Shown: positions 25,740 to 39,016 of the stretch, piece by piece
Position numbering within the stretch: position 1 is the stretch's first letter
Layout of the letters: every line of letters begins with the position of its first letter
Source: Octopus sinensis
Taxonomy: Eukaryota
Length of the DNA stretch: 64,000 nucleotides
Assembly (NCBI RefSeq): GCF_006345805.1
Contig: NC_043002.1
Location: forward strand, 101,618,001 to 101,682,000
Direction of reading: 5' to 3'
The notes under the pieces: generated by a model
Told to the model about the DNA's origin: nothing
Databases searched by the model: none
The model's input: only the letters and a program-made list of their open reading frames with translations
Position numbers and translations under genes: made by a program

Positions 25740-26600
25740 CACCTACGCTGCTCTCCTAGTATCTGACTGCAATGCTTCACGACCTTCCTCCTGACAATCC
25801 AGGAGTCGACATCAGATATTAGTATGATGGAGGATTTTTCAGTCTTAGTAGACTTCGATACAAACATCTGTTACGCACGCAACACATCTCAGAACTTCAA
25901 TATGCTGATGACAATGCTGCTATCTATCATTCAAAATAACTCCAACAGCCTGTGAACAACTTTGCTATGGTCAACCATCGCTTTTAGCCTAACAGTAAAT
26001 ATCATCAAAACCAAGGTTCTTGTGCAAACATCCCGAATACCATCTAATCAGATTTAGGTGTTACAATCTCTGATACAAATCTAGAACATATAGAGCACTT
26101 TCTACATTTAGGCATAATTTTATCAAACAAATTCTCCTCAGAAAGAAAGAATTGGAGCTGTATAAGGGCAATTTGGAAAGTTAGTCACACGTGAGTTCAA
26201 CAACAAAGATCTTAACTTAATAGCAAAACTATGGCCTACAATGCTGTGATCATTTCAACCTTGTTATACGGCTGCGAAATTTAGACTCTATATCGTAACG
26301 ACATCCGAAAATTAGAACCCTTCCTCCAACAAAACTTTCGTTCAATCTTTGAGAACAACAGATGGGTACGCTACGTGACCAATAATAAATGCAGGCAATA
26401 GCTAACAATCAAAATTTTGAATCGCTGATCATGAAACACCGCCTTCGATGGAGAAGATATGTAGCAAGAATGGAAAAGTTAAGGATTCCACACCAAGTCT
26501 TACTCAGTAGGCACACTTCAGCGAAAAGACCATGGGTTTGCCCTATTCGAAGATACAAAGACCAACTCAAAGCAACGAAAGTGCAATTGAGTCTAAATCC
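25740..26600 (+). mobile_element. RTE-clade LINE fragment (RT to C-terminus)
   Basis: ISELQYADDNAA (RT catalytic motif); ...ESLIMKHRLRWRRYVARMEKLRIPHQVL...RRYKDQLK. Confidence 0.85.
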
Positions 26601-26610
26601 TTTGAAACAT

Positions 26611-26623
26611 AAGAAGCCCGTCG

Positions 26624-26654
<31 letters not shown>

Positions 26655-26858
26655 CTGTGTTTATCCTCCTACCATCGCATGACAACCTGTGTTGGTGTGT
26701 TTATACCCCTATAACGTAGCAGTTCGGCAAAAGAGACGGATGGAATAAGTACTAGGCTTACAAAGAATGGATCCTGGAGTCGATTTGTTCAACTAAAAGC
26801 GGTGCTCCAGCATAGCCGCAGTCAAATGACCGAAATTAAAAGAAGAAAAAGAAGAATA
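26611..26858 (+). mobile_element. SINE family A, 3' half
   Basis: AAGAAGCCCGTCG-(TA/TG)n-...GGTGCTCCAGCATAGCCGCAGTCAAATGAC. Confidence 0.85.
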
Positions 26859-27468
26859 TAAATATATAGAAGGAGATAGAGATAGATAAAGAGATAGAGA
26901 AAGGGAGAGAGAGAGAGAGAGAGATTTACGTGGAACTTATGCTTATGTACGCCCACGCGCACGCTCGGGCGCACACATAACAGACTCGCATTAGCATGTT
27001 GTATATTCAATGGGCAGCGCACACGTTTCGTCTGTTAGATCGAATCAGAAGCCATTCGTTGGTGGAGGAAGCACCACAACCAAAGACTGAACCCGAAACT
27101 AAGCGGTTGCAAGACAAACTTCTAAATGACACAGTCATGCCTGATTAGACTTTCACCACATATTGTAAGCTAAGGATTTAGTAGAAGTTCTCAGCAATGA
27201 AAAACTAAAGTACAGCCCTAAAGAAAAATGTGTCACATGCAAATTGTGTCTGTGTATACAAGTGTTTATGTAGGTACATATGCATATCTGTCTGTTTGGT
27301 TGCTTCTCTATCTCTCTCTATCTCTCTCTGTCAGTCTGTCAGTCTGTCACTCTGTCTGCCTATCTATCTATATACTCACACATATATGTACATATACAAA
27401 TATATATGTATATAAATACATACATATATACATATATATATACGCATATATATATGTATATGTGCATA

Positions 27469-27555
<87 letters not shown>

Positions 27556-27563
27556 GTACTCAT

Positions 27564-28068
<505 letters not shown>

Positions 28069-28469
28069 TATATATATATACATATGTTTATGAGTTTTCG
28101 TATCTATATATACTATGAAATTTCATTGTATGTACAGTACTCTATAATACCTGCAACGAAAATCTGTTTTCCGCTCGTCTTACTTGTAGCAAGACGAACA
28201 ACTAAGCCAGAGCGACAGCTTAGAGTAAAATATTTGCCGGAAACCAAGTGGTTTCTGATAGAAGGTTTGTGTGAAACTGAAAGTAGGCATTTCAGTCGCT
28301 TCTAATTAGTGTAAAAGTGCTGAAGCAATTGCCGTAATAAAATTCCTATGATGTCTCAACCATATGCTCTATAATTCGTTGAATATGTATGAGTGTGAGC
28401 GCGCGCATGAGAGTGTTTGTGTGTGTGGGTGTGTGTGTATTAATATTTGGGTATGTATGCATGGTTTAT

Positions 28470-28528
<59 letters not shown>

Positions 28529-28775
28529 GTATGTATATGTATATATATATATATATGTGTGTGTGTATGTATATATATATATATATATATGTGTGTGTAT
28601 GTATGTATATATATATACATACATATATAAATACATATGTATTTATATAGATACATATATATATGCATGTATACACACATACATACACACACACGCGCAC
28701 ACACATATATATTGTAGATATATGTATATCTGCAAATATATATACACACATATATGCATATATATGTGTATATCT

Positions 28776-28998
28776 ATATTCTTTTATTCTTCTATTCTTT
28801 TATTTGCTTCTGTCATTTGACTGCGGCTATGCTGGAGCACCGTCTTTAGTCGAACAAATCGACCCCAGTACTTAGTTTTTGTTAACCTAGTACTTATTCT
28901 ATCGTAGTCACTTGTCGAACCGCTAATGTTACAGGGACCTAAACTCACCAAGATCGGTTGTCAAGCGATGATGGAGAGACAAGCACAGACACACAAAT

Positions 28999-29031
<33 letters not shown>

Positions 29032-29234
29032 ACACACACACACACACATATTATATATGTATATATATATTATATATATACGACAGGTTCCTTTCAATTT
29101 CCGTCTACCAAATCCACTCACAAGTCTTTGATTAGCCCGTGGCTAAAATAGGAGGTACTTGCCCAAGGTACCACGCAGTGGGACTAAACCTGACAGTGTG
29201 TGGTTACAAAGCAAGCTACTTATCACACAACCAC

Positions 29235-29235
<1 letters not shown>
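28776..29235 (-). mobile_element. SINE family A, older copy
   Basis: Same two conserved halves with more substitutions. Confidence 0.85.
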
Positions 29236-29273
<38 letters not shown>

Positions 29274-30937
29274 CAGATTTGATGCAACATAGTTCAAACA
29301 TAACATTTCTGATAGACGTTTTGTGTTTAAATATTAAACACATAGTATATATCGTAGCGGCTAGTGTAAAAGGCAGATACATTTATTCACTATTTGGCAA
29401 TAAAATACCCACCAAAAATTCAGAGTAATAGCACAAATCAATGCATCGGAAGTGATTTTAGGGAGATAAACGTATCGAGTAAACTCACGTGTACAAACGC
29501 CTGTCATTTAGAAAATAATGTTATATCTAAACTGATCAGAAAAGTTAGATATACACTGATATATATTCAGTCTCCAAATACTATAGACGAATCCATCGCA
29601 AGATTCTGACACCTGTTTACCGAATGGATCCAAATAAGAGAGTCGGAACAAGCTCACAGTAGAAGTATTAATCATACTTTTATAAAAATTAAGCCCCTGG
29701 TCCATGCTGTCAATACTTGTAGGATCCTGTTTCTTTGAATGGTGATAGCAGGAAATCAGCAAACGGCATTCTGTTCCGCTAACCATAACTATTGACGACA
29801 AGCGATCAACACTCTGAAACCAATAACCTAAACTCCCAAAATAGATTCCCATCCCTTTTCACTCGTGATCCCTGTCAATTTAGCCGACTGCGCTCCCTTA
29901 TTTTCAATTCCTTTCTACTGAAATTCCCATAAAACCTCTTCTTTACTTGAAAAGAGATCTCTTGATCAGGTGCTCCTTTCCCAAGCAATTTGTCTATCCT
30001 ATATTTGTCCCTTAATTTCCATAATTTTATTCATAGCCAAACCCCAAAGCCCTATTATGATTCAATCATTTTGACAGTAATTCAGACAACCTTATAAACA
30101 ACACCAGCAACAATGTAATGAGAGAGAAATCTACGTGTCTCACAACATCATCATTATCTTCCTCCTCCTCCTCCTCATCATCATCATCATCATAATCAAC
30201 AACAATAACAGTACCAGCAACACCTTCCCCGTCCATTACTTTTTTTTAAAAGTGAAACAGGTCAGCTCCCAGGCGATCTCTTTCGCGGGTACCTTCTCGC
30301 AATTTCAGTAGTACTCAAGGTTTATTCAAACTCATCGCAAGATATTTCAGTTCACCGGGCAACTCTGACGACTCTCTCTGCTTATACAGTGTCTCCGCTC
30401 TCTCCATGTTCTTCTACACATCAGGCATCGGTGATCATGCGTCTCCATGCCAAAATCTGAAAATACACAACTTTTCCTGTGAAAGATACAGGCACTTTCC
30501 GGTGCCAATTTATTTTCAGCTTAGTCGCCTGAACTATCGTGCTTACACTTGATGCATAAAGTCTATTTTACCCATAGGTGAGGGAAAGGCACGAGTTTCA
30601 TCAGGGGCCATAAGTCTTCCGATTCACAAAATCGTTTTTCATAATTTGGCACAAATGGAGCCCCACACTGGTGTTACCACGCCAAGTCAGAGTAATCATG
30701 TGGTAAGTCCATACTCCTTAATTGTCCTAAATGGCTTGACTACTGAGTGCCATTTAGTGTTTTACTCAGAACAAAAACCATAATGGTGCACGTACCCTAC
30801 ACCATCACGATAGAGGAATCAATCTAAAGTTTACTTTAAGTTCTTTCAGACTCGCAGTTATTAGAAACACCATCAATACCGGAATCGATGTTCTCCGCTC
30901 TGATATGCTTGCTGTATGCCACATGCTACTTTATATA

Positions 30938-31170
30938 TATTTCTTTACTACCCACAAGGGGCTAAACACAGAGGGGACAAACAAGGACAGACAAAGGGAT
31001 TAAGTCGATTATATCGACCCCAGTGCGCAACTCATACTTAATTTATCGACCCCGAAAGGATGAAGGGCAAAGTGGACCTCGGCGGAATTTGAACTCAGAA
31101 CGTAAGGGCAAACGAAATACGGGTACGCATTTCGCCCGGCGTGCTAACGTTTCTGCCAGCTCGCCGCCTT
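30938..31170 (-). mobile_element. SINE family B, full length, 13-bp TSD
   Basis: GCTACTTTATATA at 30925-30937 and 31171-31183; B box GAGTTCAAATTCC on the minus strand. Confidence 0.9.
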
Positions 31171-31989
31171 GCTACTTTATATAGTAATTCGTATCCCTTG
31201 TTTATTTCTAAATATGAATCCCCCCCCAATTATGCTCCAAGTCTCTCTGAGTACTTGATTATTTTAATTTAAAAAAAAGCAACAACATTGATTGGTAGAA
31301 TCAAGAGAACTAGAAACAATGGTGCTAAGCATTTGGTTCGCCGTGCTTCTGCCAACTTCGGCGCCTTCAACGTCGTTTCAGAACGCATAACACTATTTAT
31401 ACCAGTCTCTTCAATTTCTGTGTGGTGCTTCCTCGTTTTTCAAATGTGACAATGACGGTGTCTTTTTCGTCCATTTACTCCAACACATGTCGCATCTTCT
31501 TTCTTTCCTCTACTCTCCAATCTTCACTATTTACTTGCCTCCATTATTCTTCATTGCGTATTTGTTCACATACTTTTACTAACCAACATTTATTTATTCC
31601 GTATTGTCAGAAAAGTTACAACTCAAATCTTATAAGTTTTCTCGTCTTCAAGATCAACCAATTTATTCCACTTTGGAACTGTTTATATTCACTAATTGCC
31701 GGCGTAGACCATCAGCTAGTTTGTTCGGCTCCATCTGTTTACTTTATTCATATATACGTTATTCAATCATTCCTTGATTTGTCTGTTATACTTCCTAGTT
31801 TATTAGATTTTTCGTTTCGTGTTCGGCCGTATGTTCGTCGGCTACAAACTACATAACTGCATTGACCTGCCACCTACAGAATACTATGAGACAGACTAGA
31901 ATTGTAGAAAATATATCCAGACGTACACACCCAAACACACACATAGCTATATAAATCTGTACACATTGCCTCTAGGGTATGTATGTATG

Positions 31990-32033
<44 letters not shown>

Positions 32034-32417
32034 GCGTGTGTGTGTGCATAAGCACACACTCACACACACGCACACACACACACACATATATATATATATG
32101 TAAATATGTATGAATATGCATAAAAACATGCATAAACATATGAACACACATACGCACGAACACATGCATGTATATATCTATATTTTAAGATATACTTGCA
32201 ATTATATGAAATACCATGGAATATAAGATATATTTTAGAGATATACGAAACGTTACGATACGAGATATAAAAAAGACAGATATATAGGTAATTATTGCGA
32301 AAGATAGATGCAAGCATAAATACATAGATGTGTGTATACACACACACACATATATATAAACATATATATATGTACATATGCATATATGTATGTATATATA
32401 TGTATGTATATGTATAC

Positions 32418-32454
<37 letters not shown>

Positions 32455-32511
32455 TATATATAATATATACGCATATATATTTATATATATATATATATAT
32501 ATATATTTATA

Positions 32512-33205
32512 CACATACATATAAAAGGGATGACCTGTAAGTGGACATCTATTATGCTAGAAGAAGATCCGCTATGGTCTAACCTCTAAGAAAAGAATGT
32601 TCTCAATAAAATTTTGCAAAACGCCAGAGCGAAAGCGAGCAAGGCGAAGGAAAAGATACAAAATATAGATTAATCACAAACCAGGTTTCGTTGTCAATGT
32701 ATTGCGTATTTATTTACGTAATCATCCGCAAACTCGTCAGTGTGATCGTCTTAGCAACTATAATTTGAAGAACTATACACGGAGCGTCCGCATGAGATTG
32801 AACATGTATACAGTTGTACAAATTACATTTGGAGTCACTTTTCAAAAGCCATTGCTCTGGCGCACCAAACTATTTCTTCAGAAAATTATTCTCTGCAGTG
32901 AATTTTGCCGGTTAGGGAACATAGCTATTTAAATTTAAATTTAAAATAATAAGGTTGAAAAATTGAATATTAATTTGATTAATATCAATTTAAAACCTGT
33001 AGCCTAGCATAATTAAAAATCTGAAGTTTCAGAAAACTTTTATTACATACATATAAAAGGGATGACCTGTAAGTGAGCATCTATTATGCTAGAAGAAGAC
33101 CCGCTATTGTCTAACAACTAAGAAAAAATTGTTCTCAGGAAAATTTAGCAAAACGCCAGAACGTAAGGGAGCAAGACAAATGAAAAGATACAAAATATAT
33201 ACTTA
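32512..33205 (-). mobile_element. Partial tandem repeat (period 532 nt; about 150-bp repeated unit) carrying a hammerhead; retrozyme- or pLTR-like
   Basis: ATAAAAGGGATGACCTGTAAGTG...GAAAAGATACAAAATATA at 32521 and 33053, roughly 85-90% identical by eye. Confidence 0.65.
32672..32747 (-). ncRNA. Type I hammerhead ribozyme, complete core
   Basis: Minus strand: GAUCACA (stem I) CUGACGA, stem II starting G-C with a distal AUUACGUA/UACGCAAU helix, GAA, ACCUGGU (quasi-palindromic stem III), U17 at 32679, UGUGAUU (stem I, 7 bp). Confidence 0.85.
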
Positions 33206-33250
33206 TATACAGGCATATATACGTACAGAAACAGAAACACACTCACACAA

Positions 33251-33283
<33 letters not shown>

Positions 33284-33337
33284 TAGACATACATACATAA
33301 ATACATGCAAACTATACCCTTCCCATGTTCCCTATTT

Positions 33338-33393
33338 GTTTTCGATGATGGAATATCTCATACTGTGGGATATCTCAGAAACAGCTGTAAAAC
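33338..33393 (+). ncRNA. Hammerhead relic (core UCGAUGA instead of CUGAUGA)
   Basis: GUUU/AAAC stem I; stem II AUAUCUCA/UGGGAUAU; GAA; palindromic ACAGCUGU; GUA site. Confidence 0.6.
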
Positions 33394-33718
33394 TTTCAAT
33401 CTTTCCAATAATAACAACGTATGTGCTCGATCGAATAACACCATATGCAAGGCTCTATGCTTGGAATGACCAATTATAAACACCATTGGAACTCACACAA
33501 AAGGTGTAAGAAACACATATATACACCATTCTACTTAAATAATGGAACTGAAAATACAATATCCTTTCGTATCTCATGTATGTTTTCATTCCTCCACTTC
33601 ACTCTGTATTTCATATCTTCTCGATAATAACTATTACGAATATTTACTATGTTTATCGTATCTAAAAGAATAGAGGTTCTAAAATCTTCACAACGTTGGT
33701 TTTTTATCTCATTCTCAA

Positions 33719-33753
<35 letters not shown>

Positions 33754-33814
33754 ATATATAATATATATATATGTATGTGTGTGTGGTGTTTGTGTGTGTG
33801 TGTGCGTGTGTTCC

Positions 33815-34020
33815 TTTATTCTTTTACTTGTTTCAGTTATTTGACTGCGGCCATGCTGGAGCACTACCTTTAGTTGAACAAATCGACCCAAGACTTTCTT
33901 TCTTAGCCAAGTACTTACTCTATCGGCCTCTTTTGCCGAACTGCTAAGTTACGGGAACGTAAACACACGAGCATCGGTTGTCAGGCGATGTTGGGAGGGG
34001 ACAGATAGACACACAAACAC
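33815..34020 (-). mobile_element. SINE family A, 3' half
   Basis: TTTTACTTGTTTCAGTTATTTGACTGCGGCCATGCTGGAGCAC... Confidence 0.85.
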
Positions 34021-34039
34021 ATACATAATAATATTCAAA

Positions 34040-34358
34040 ATCAAATCTAACTTCACTTGCATCTCCGAAACCTCATATACGTGATCAGATACTCGGGCTG
34101 CCATCAAAAGTATATTGCCTAAAGAGGAAATTCGGTCCGAAAGAGATGCACGGTGCACAAGCAACAAATTTCCTCCCATAAAATCGCCAAATATACCTCA
34201 GTCAGCACGTAGACGAAAGAACAGAACTGTTACAACCACAATTCGAAACTTTCCCATTTTATCCACCTGCCTTCTGGGTCTTAACACAAGTAAAACTGAA
34301 TAAAGAAGCTTCATGTATCCAAAAATAGAAACCAGAATTAGATATAAATGCATATTAA
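34040..34358 (+). pseudogene. Penelope-like element GIY-YIG endonuclease remnant
   Basis: Across frameshifts: NFTCISE-LIYVIRYSGCHQKYIA*RGNSVRKRCTVHKQQI...LSQHVDE...FETFPFY...KEASCIQK*KPELD, matching the PLE pattern FTC.S.NLIY.I.C..C...YIG.T...R...H..QI...E..FI....P.LN. Confidence 0.75.
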
Positions 34359-34672
34359 AAATAAAGGACTAATGGAAGATGTAAGCCAGAATAAAAACAG
34401 ATAACACACACAAAAAAAAAAACGAAAATAACAGATTTACCTCCCATCTATTATAAAATGAGAGAGTGAACAATTATCTCCTCTTGTAATATTTCATACC
34501 CCCACCAACAATTTATCTCTTTCAACTCTTTGATGAGGAATGCGAAACCGGTCCTTACTTCAATTATGCTGAAAGAACAAAACCTTATTTTGTAAAAATA
34601 TTGTATAATGGCCTAAAATTATTATATGCCCTAAAATCCTGTAAAAGAAATCTGGTTTTCTCAACTTCTCTC

Positions 34673-34717
<45 letters not shown>

Positions 34718-34856
34718 TTACATATATATATATATATATATATTGTTACAAATATTTGTAAGCAACTAATATAACAAACAAATGCTAGAATATACACATT
34801 AGCTATTATAAATATACACGAGTTATGCTTCAAGGTATATGTATATGTGTGCATGT

Positions 34857-34893
<37 letters not shown>

Positions 34894-35340
34894 ATGAAGT
34901 AGTTTTTCTGCATGGTAAAGTTAATGCACTCGATAGTATTTTAACATCTAGTACAAGAACGCCCGTGCCAATTCAAAGAATTTGGTGCAAAACGAAAAGT
35001 TTTAAGCGAAAAGTTGTTGCTAAAGAAACAAACATGGTGGTCGGTAGACATAATTGTCGATCTCTTTAAAGTTATGCTGTTGCTGCTGGTGCGAGAAGAC
35101 AAAAACAAAACACAATTCTAAAACAGGGAAAATAATTAAACAACAAGTTAAAAGAAAGGATAAGCTAAGCGGGATTTGGATGGGAGAGGATTTGAAAAAT
35201 GTATTTCAATATTAGAATTTTAGGGATACATCTTTGAATTGATGCTGATGGAATGTGTTGCACACACATACACACACAGCGGTTTGTGAAATATATAGAT
35301 ACGTGCGTAAAATATGTATATGTATATATATATATATATA

Positions 35341-35749
35341 TAGGCGTTGGATTGGCTTTGTGGTAAGGAGCTTCCTTACGAACCACATGGTGCCGGTTTC
35401 GGTCCCACTGCGTGACACCTTGGGCAAGTGTCTTCTATTACAGCCTCGAGCCGACCAAAGCCTTGTGAGTGGATTTGGTAGACGGAAACTGAAAGAAGCC
35501 CGTCGTATATATGTATATATATGTGAGTGTCTGTGGGTGTGTATATGTTTGTGTGTCTGTGTTTGCCCCCTCCCATCATCGCTTGACAACCGATGCTGAT
35601 GTGTTTGCATCCCCGATAGAAAAAAGAGACTGATAGAATAAGTACGAGGCTTACAAAGAATAAGTCCTGGGTTCGATTTGCTCGACTAATAGACGGTACT
35701 CCAGCATGGCCACATTCACATGACTGAAACAAGTAAAAGAGTAAAAGAA
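35341..35749 (+). mobile_element. SINE family A, full length
   Basis: tRNA-like head, GAAGCCCGTCG, internal microsatellite, ...GAAACAAGTAAAAGAGTAAAAGA tail. Confidence 0.9.
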
Positions 35750-36468
35750 TATATATATATATGTATATATATATGCATACATATATAAATGTATACATAT
35801 ACGTATACACACACGCACATATATATATACATACATGCATATACATATATATATGCGTACGTATGTATGTGGGTGTGTAATGACATTAAATCTTTTTCAA
35901 ATGGTGCCAACGAAATTCCAGAATCACCCCACGTTCTAAGCATCCAAAAGTAAAGAAAATAAAAACAAAATATAACACCCCCCCCCACACACACACACTT
36001 ACTCACAATCATGATCCCACACACACACGCACGTATACTCTCACATACACCCCACACCCACAGATAACCGAAACAAAAACAAAAACAATAAGAACATAAA
36101 GCGTAGGAAAACAACAAACATATACATAATAATAAAAACCTGTACCACATATTTAATGATTATATTAAAAGTGAATAGCAGAATTAGAGAATTTACGAAT
36201 AAGGTTTAGCGTCTTTGGTTGAAAGGAATAAGCGTTGCTATGGAGGTTGTGCTAAGATAGACAAGTAGCGAGACGTGATATATATAAACATTCTTGGCAA
36301 CAGACAAAGATTTGGTGTAGAAGTTGTTTAGCTTAGCGGCAGAAAATATCTAATATCTGTTAGTATAACACAATTACCATCACTAAACGCAGAAAATGGA
36401 GTAATCTGTGTGAATGTATGTGTGTATGTGAGCATATATAACTACATAAATGTTTAAAGATCGGTGTG

Positions 36469-36525
<57 letters not shown>

Positions 36526-36543
36526 TTATCATCTCTCTCTCCA

Positions 36544-36575
<32 letters not shown>

Positions 36576-36580
36576 TATAT

Positions 36581-36611
<31 letters not shown>

Positions 36612-36614
36612 TTA

Positions 36615-36826
36615 GGAGGCGCAATGGCCTAGTGGTTAGGGCAGCGGACTTGCGGTCCGGAGGATCGCGGTTTCGATTCCCAGACCGGGCGTTGTGTGTG
36701 TTTATTGAGCGAAAACACCTAAAAGCTCCACGAGGCTCCGGCAGGAGGTGGTGATCCCTGCTGTACTCTTTCACCACCGCAGTCAAATGGCCGCAGTCAA
36801 ATGACTGAAACAAGTACAGAAAAATA
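36615..36826 (+). mobile_element. Chimeric SINE: different tRNA head fused to the family A tail
   Basis: GGAGGCGCAATGGCCTAGTGGTTAGG (A box), GGTTTCGATTCC (B box); switches at 36777 to CCGCAGTCAAATG-G-CCGCAGTCAAATGACTGAAACAAGTA. Confidence 0.75.
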
Positions 36827-36950
36827 TATAGATATATATATATATAGATATATATATAGATATATATGGCCATACTCGATAACGAGAGGGCAGCCATCAC
36901 ATCATGTGTGCATATATAAATATATATATGCTTGAAGATCGGTGTGTCTA

Positions 36951-36995
<45 letters not shown>

Positions 36996-37353
36996 ATGCA
37001 AACATAAAGACAGAGAGCGAGTGACGGAAATAGAGATTGATAGACAGACATACATGTGTGCGTGTGTGTGTGTATTATATTTATATTTATATACATATAT
37101 AAATGCACTCGACTGAGTGAAAATATATACAAATAAAATTATACACCCACAATCAGGCTATCACAGAGTCAGGGAGAAACGGGGAAATTACAAACGCCTC
37201 TCTCGTTCTTTCTCACTTCCTCACTCATATATACGTATGTATGTAAACATAAACATACATATATGATATATACATATGTCTACACATAGAATATATATAT
37301 ATATATATATATATACGTGTGTGCGTGTGTATGCAAATATATGTATGTACGTT

Positions 37354-37404
<51 letters not shown>

Positions 37405-37925
37405 GTATATATACATTCATACATGCAGGTATAATAATTATATATATATATGTGTGTGTTTCTGTGTGTGTGTATGTATGTATACATACACACACACACA
37501 TATATATATATATATATCTTGCATAACGAAATTTGATAGAAATTCTCTAGACAGTATTAAACAGTTAACGTAAACCGTTATCTCTGACCTCTCAGTGTCA
37601 CTCAGTAAAAGTTGAATCTTGAATATTAAACAGTAATTTCGTATGTCATCGCCCTTCGTAGATTTTGGTAAACATCTCACCCGTTAAGTGCCTCTCAACT
37701 GAACCAGTAGGTTACACACACGCATACAAGACTATATGTATACGTATGCGTGTATATTGTATCATATTTTACTTTAGTATATTTATGGAGGCTTTTTGTT
37801 TCTAGTTAAATGGTTCGCTTAACGTCACCGTGATCCCGTGTTCAGTCTCAAAGTGTAGCTAGTTGGGGAATCTTATCCCACGGTCCATTTAATGTCTTGT
37901 GGGTCAATATGGTAGACGGAAACCT

Positions 37926-38155
37926 ATTTCTTTATTACCCACAAGGGGCTAAACATAGAGGGGACAAAGATTGACAGATATAGGTATTAAGTCGATTATA
38001 TCGCCCCCAGTACTTAACTGGCACTTAATTTATCGACCCCGAAAGGATGAAAGGCAAAGTCGACCTCGGCGGAATTTGAACTCACAACGTAACAGCAGCC
38101 GAAATACCGCTAAGCATTTCGCCCGACGTGCTAACGATTCTGCTAGCTCGCCGTT
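37926..38155 (-). mobile_element. SINE family B
   Basis: Near-identical to 30938-31170. Confidence 0.9.
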
Positions 38156-38188
38156 TGATAGCTCGTCTACACACGCATACACACACAT

Positions 38189-38219
<31 letters not shown>

Positions 38220-38225
38220 TACATA

Positions 38226-39012
38226 CAGAGTGCGGTGAATAAATTGTGTAAATTACGCCGACATCAGAATAACACTGACACCTCGTTTTAACAGATGTAT
38301 TTAGCAAAGTTACATAAAAATATCTTGAAATAGTAAAGAGTAAATTTATTTAATAGAAATATCATTGGCTTCAACCACGGCCCCCACACGTCTTCGAAAT
38401 CTCCTGCAACTCTTCTGGACGTACTCCCTGTTTTAGTTGGTGAATGCTGTCATAAGCCTTGCCTTCATTTGGCGAATGCTGCCATAATACTTGCCTTGGT
38501 GTTATAAGGAGTTGTGTTGGTCTCTCGCTCAACTGGGCCCTACTCATAATAGTCAAGTGGTTCACAATCTGGAGAATTAGATGACCAGATGTTAGGGGGT
38601 GTTGTGGTCGCTAGAATTATCTGACAGCCATGACTGGATGCTCCTGCTTTTGTGGCAGGGTCCTGTTGCCAGATATACTGTCTTCCATCATCCACCCTGT
38701 TAACCCAGTGCAGCATTACCTCCTGCGGGTACTTCCTCTGGGCCTGCGTGTTTAGTCTACGGTCGTGTGGGAAGATGAATGGAGGCATAACGTCACCATC
38801 ACTAGTGATCACTCCAAACATCAAATAGTTGGCTGGATGTTTGATTTGCATCACCCTCAGTACATGGCCTCAGATTGCACTTTCCTCAGAGTTTTCGTAA
38901 TGGAGCTTCCGGCGCGAATGCCAAGCAGTACAGCATGTCGTTTCCAAATTTCTGGCAGAGTGAATTACGTCATGATGCTGTTCCTCTCACAGTGAATACC
39001 CACCACACCCTA
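38226..39012 (-). mobile_element. Tc1/mariner element of DDxD (maT/DD37D-like) type, internally deleted
   Basis: KHPANYLMFGVITSDGDVMPPFIFP...YIWQQD...NIWSSNSPDCEPLDYY; N-terminal WKRHAVLLGIRAGSS joined directly; TA-CAGAGTGCGGTGAATAAATTG terminus. Confidence 0.85.
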
Positions 39013-39016
39013 CAAT

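Noticed and set aside
29508-30640. Possible L1/Tx1 ORF2 relic on the minus strand (CLMCRR...KEIAW; SIVMVSG)
   Set aside because: Motifs are too degraded and their apparent order is inconsistent.
32555-32585. Plus-strand hammerhead-like CTAGAAGA-AGA(T/C)C...GGTCT in the 532-nt repeat, which would imply ribozymes on both strands
   Set aside because: GAAA is missing in both repeat copies and the core has an insertion; not supportable.
36615-36690. tRNA-like sequence with A and B boxes (also other SINE heads)
   Set aside because: No closed acceptor stem, and it continues into a SINE body; not a tRNA gene.
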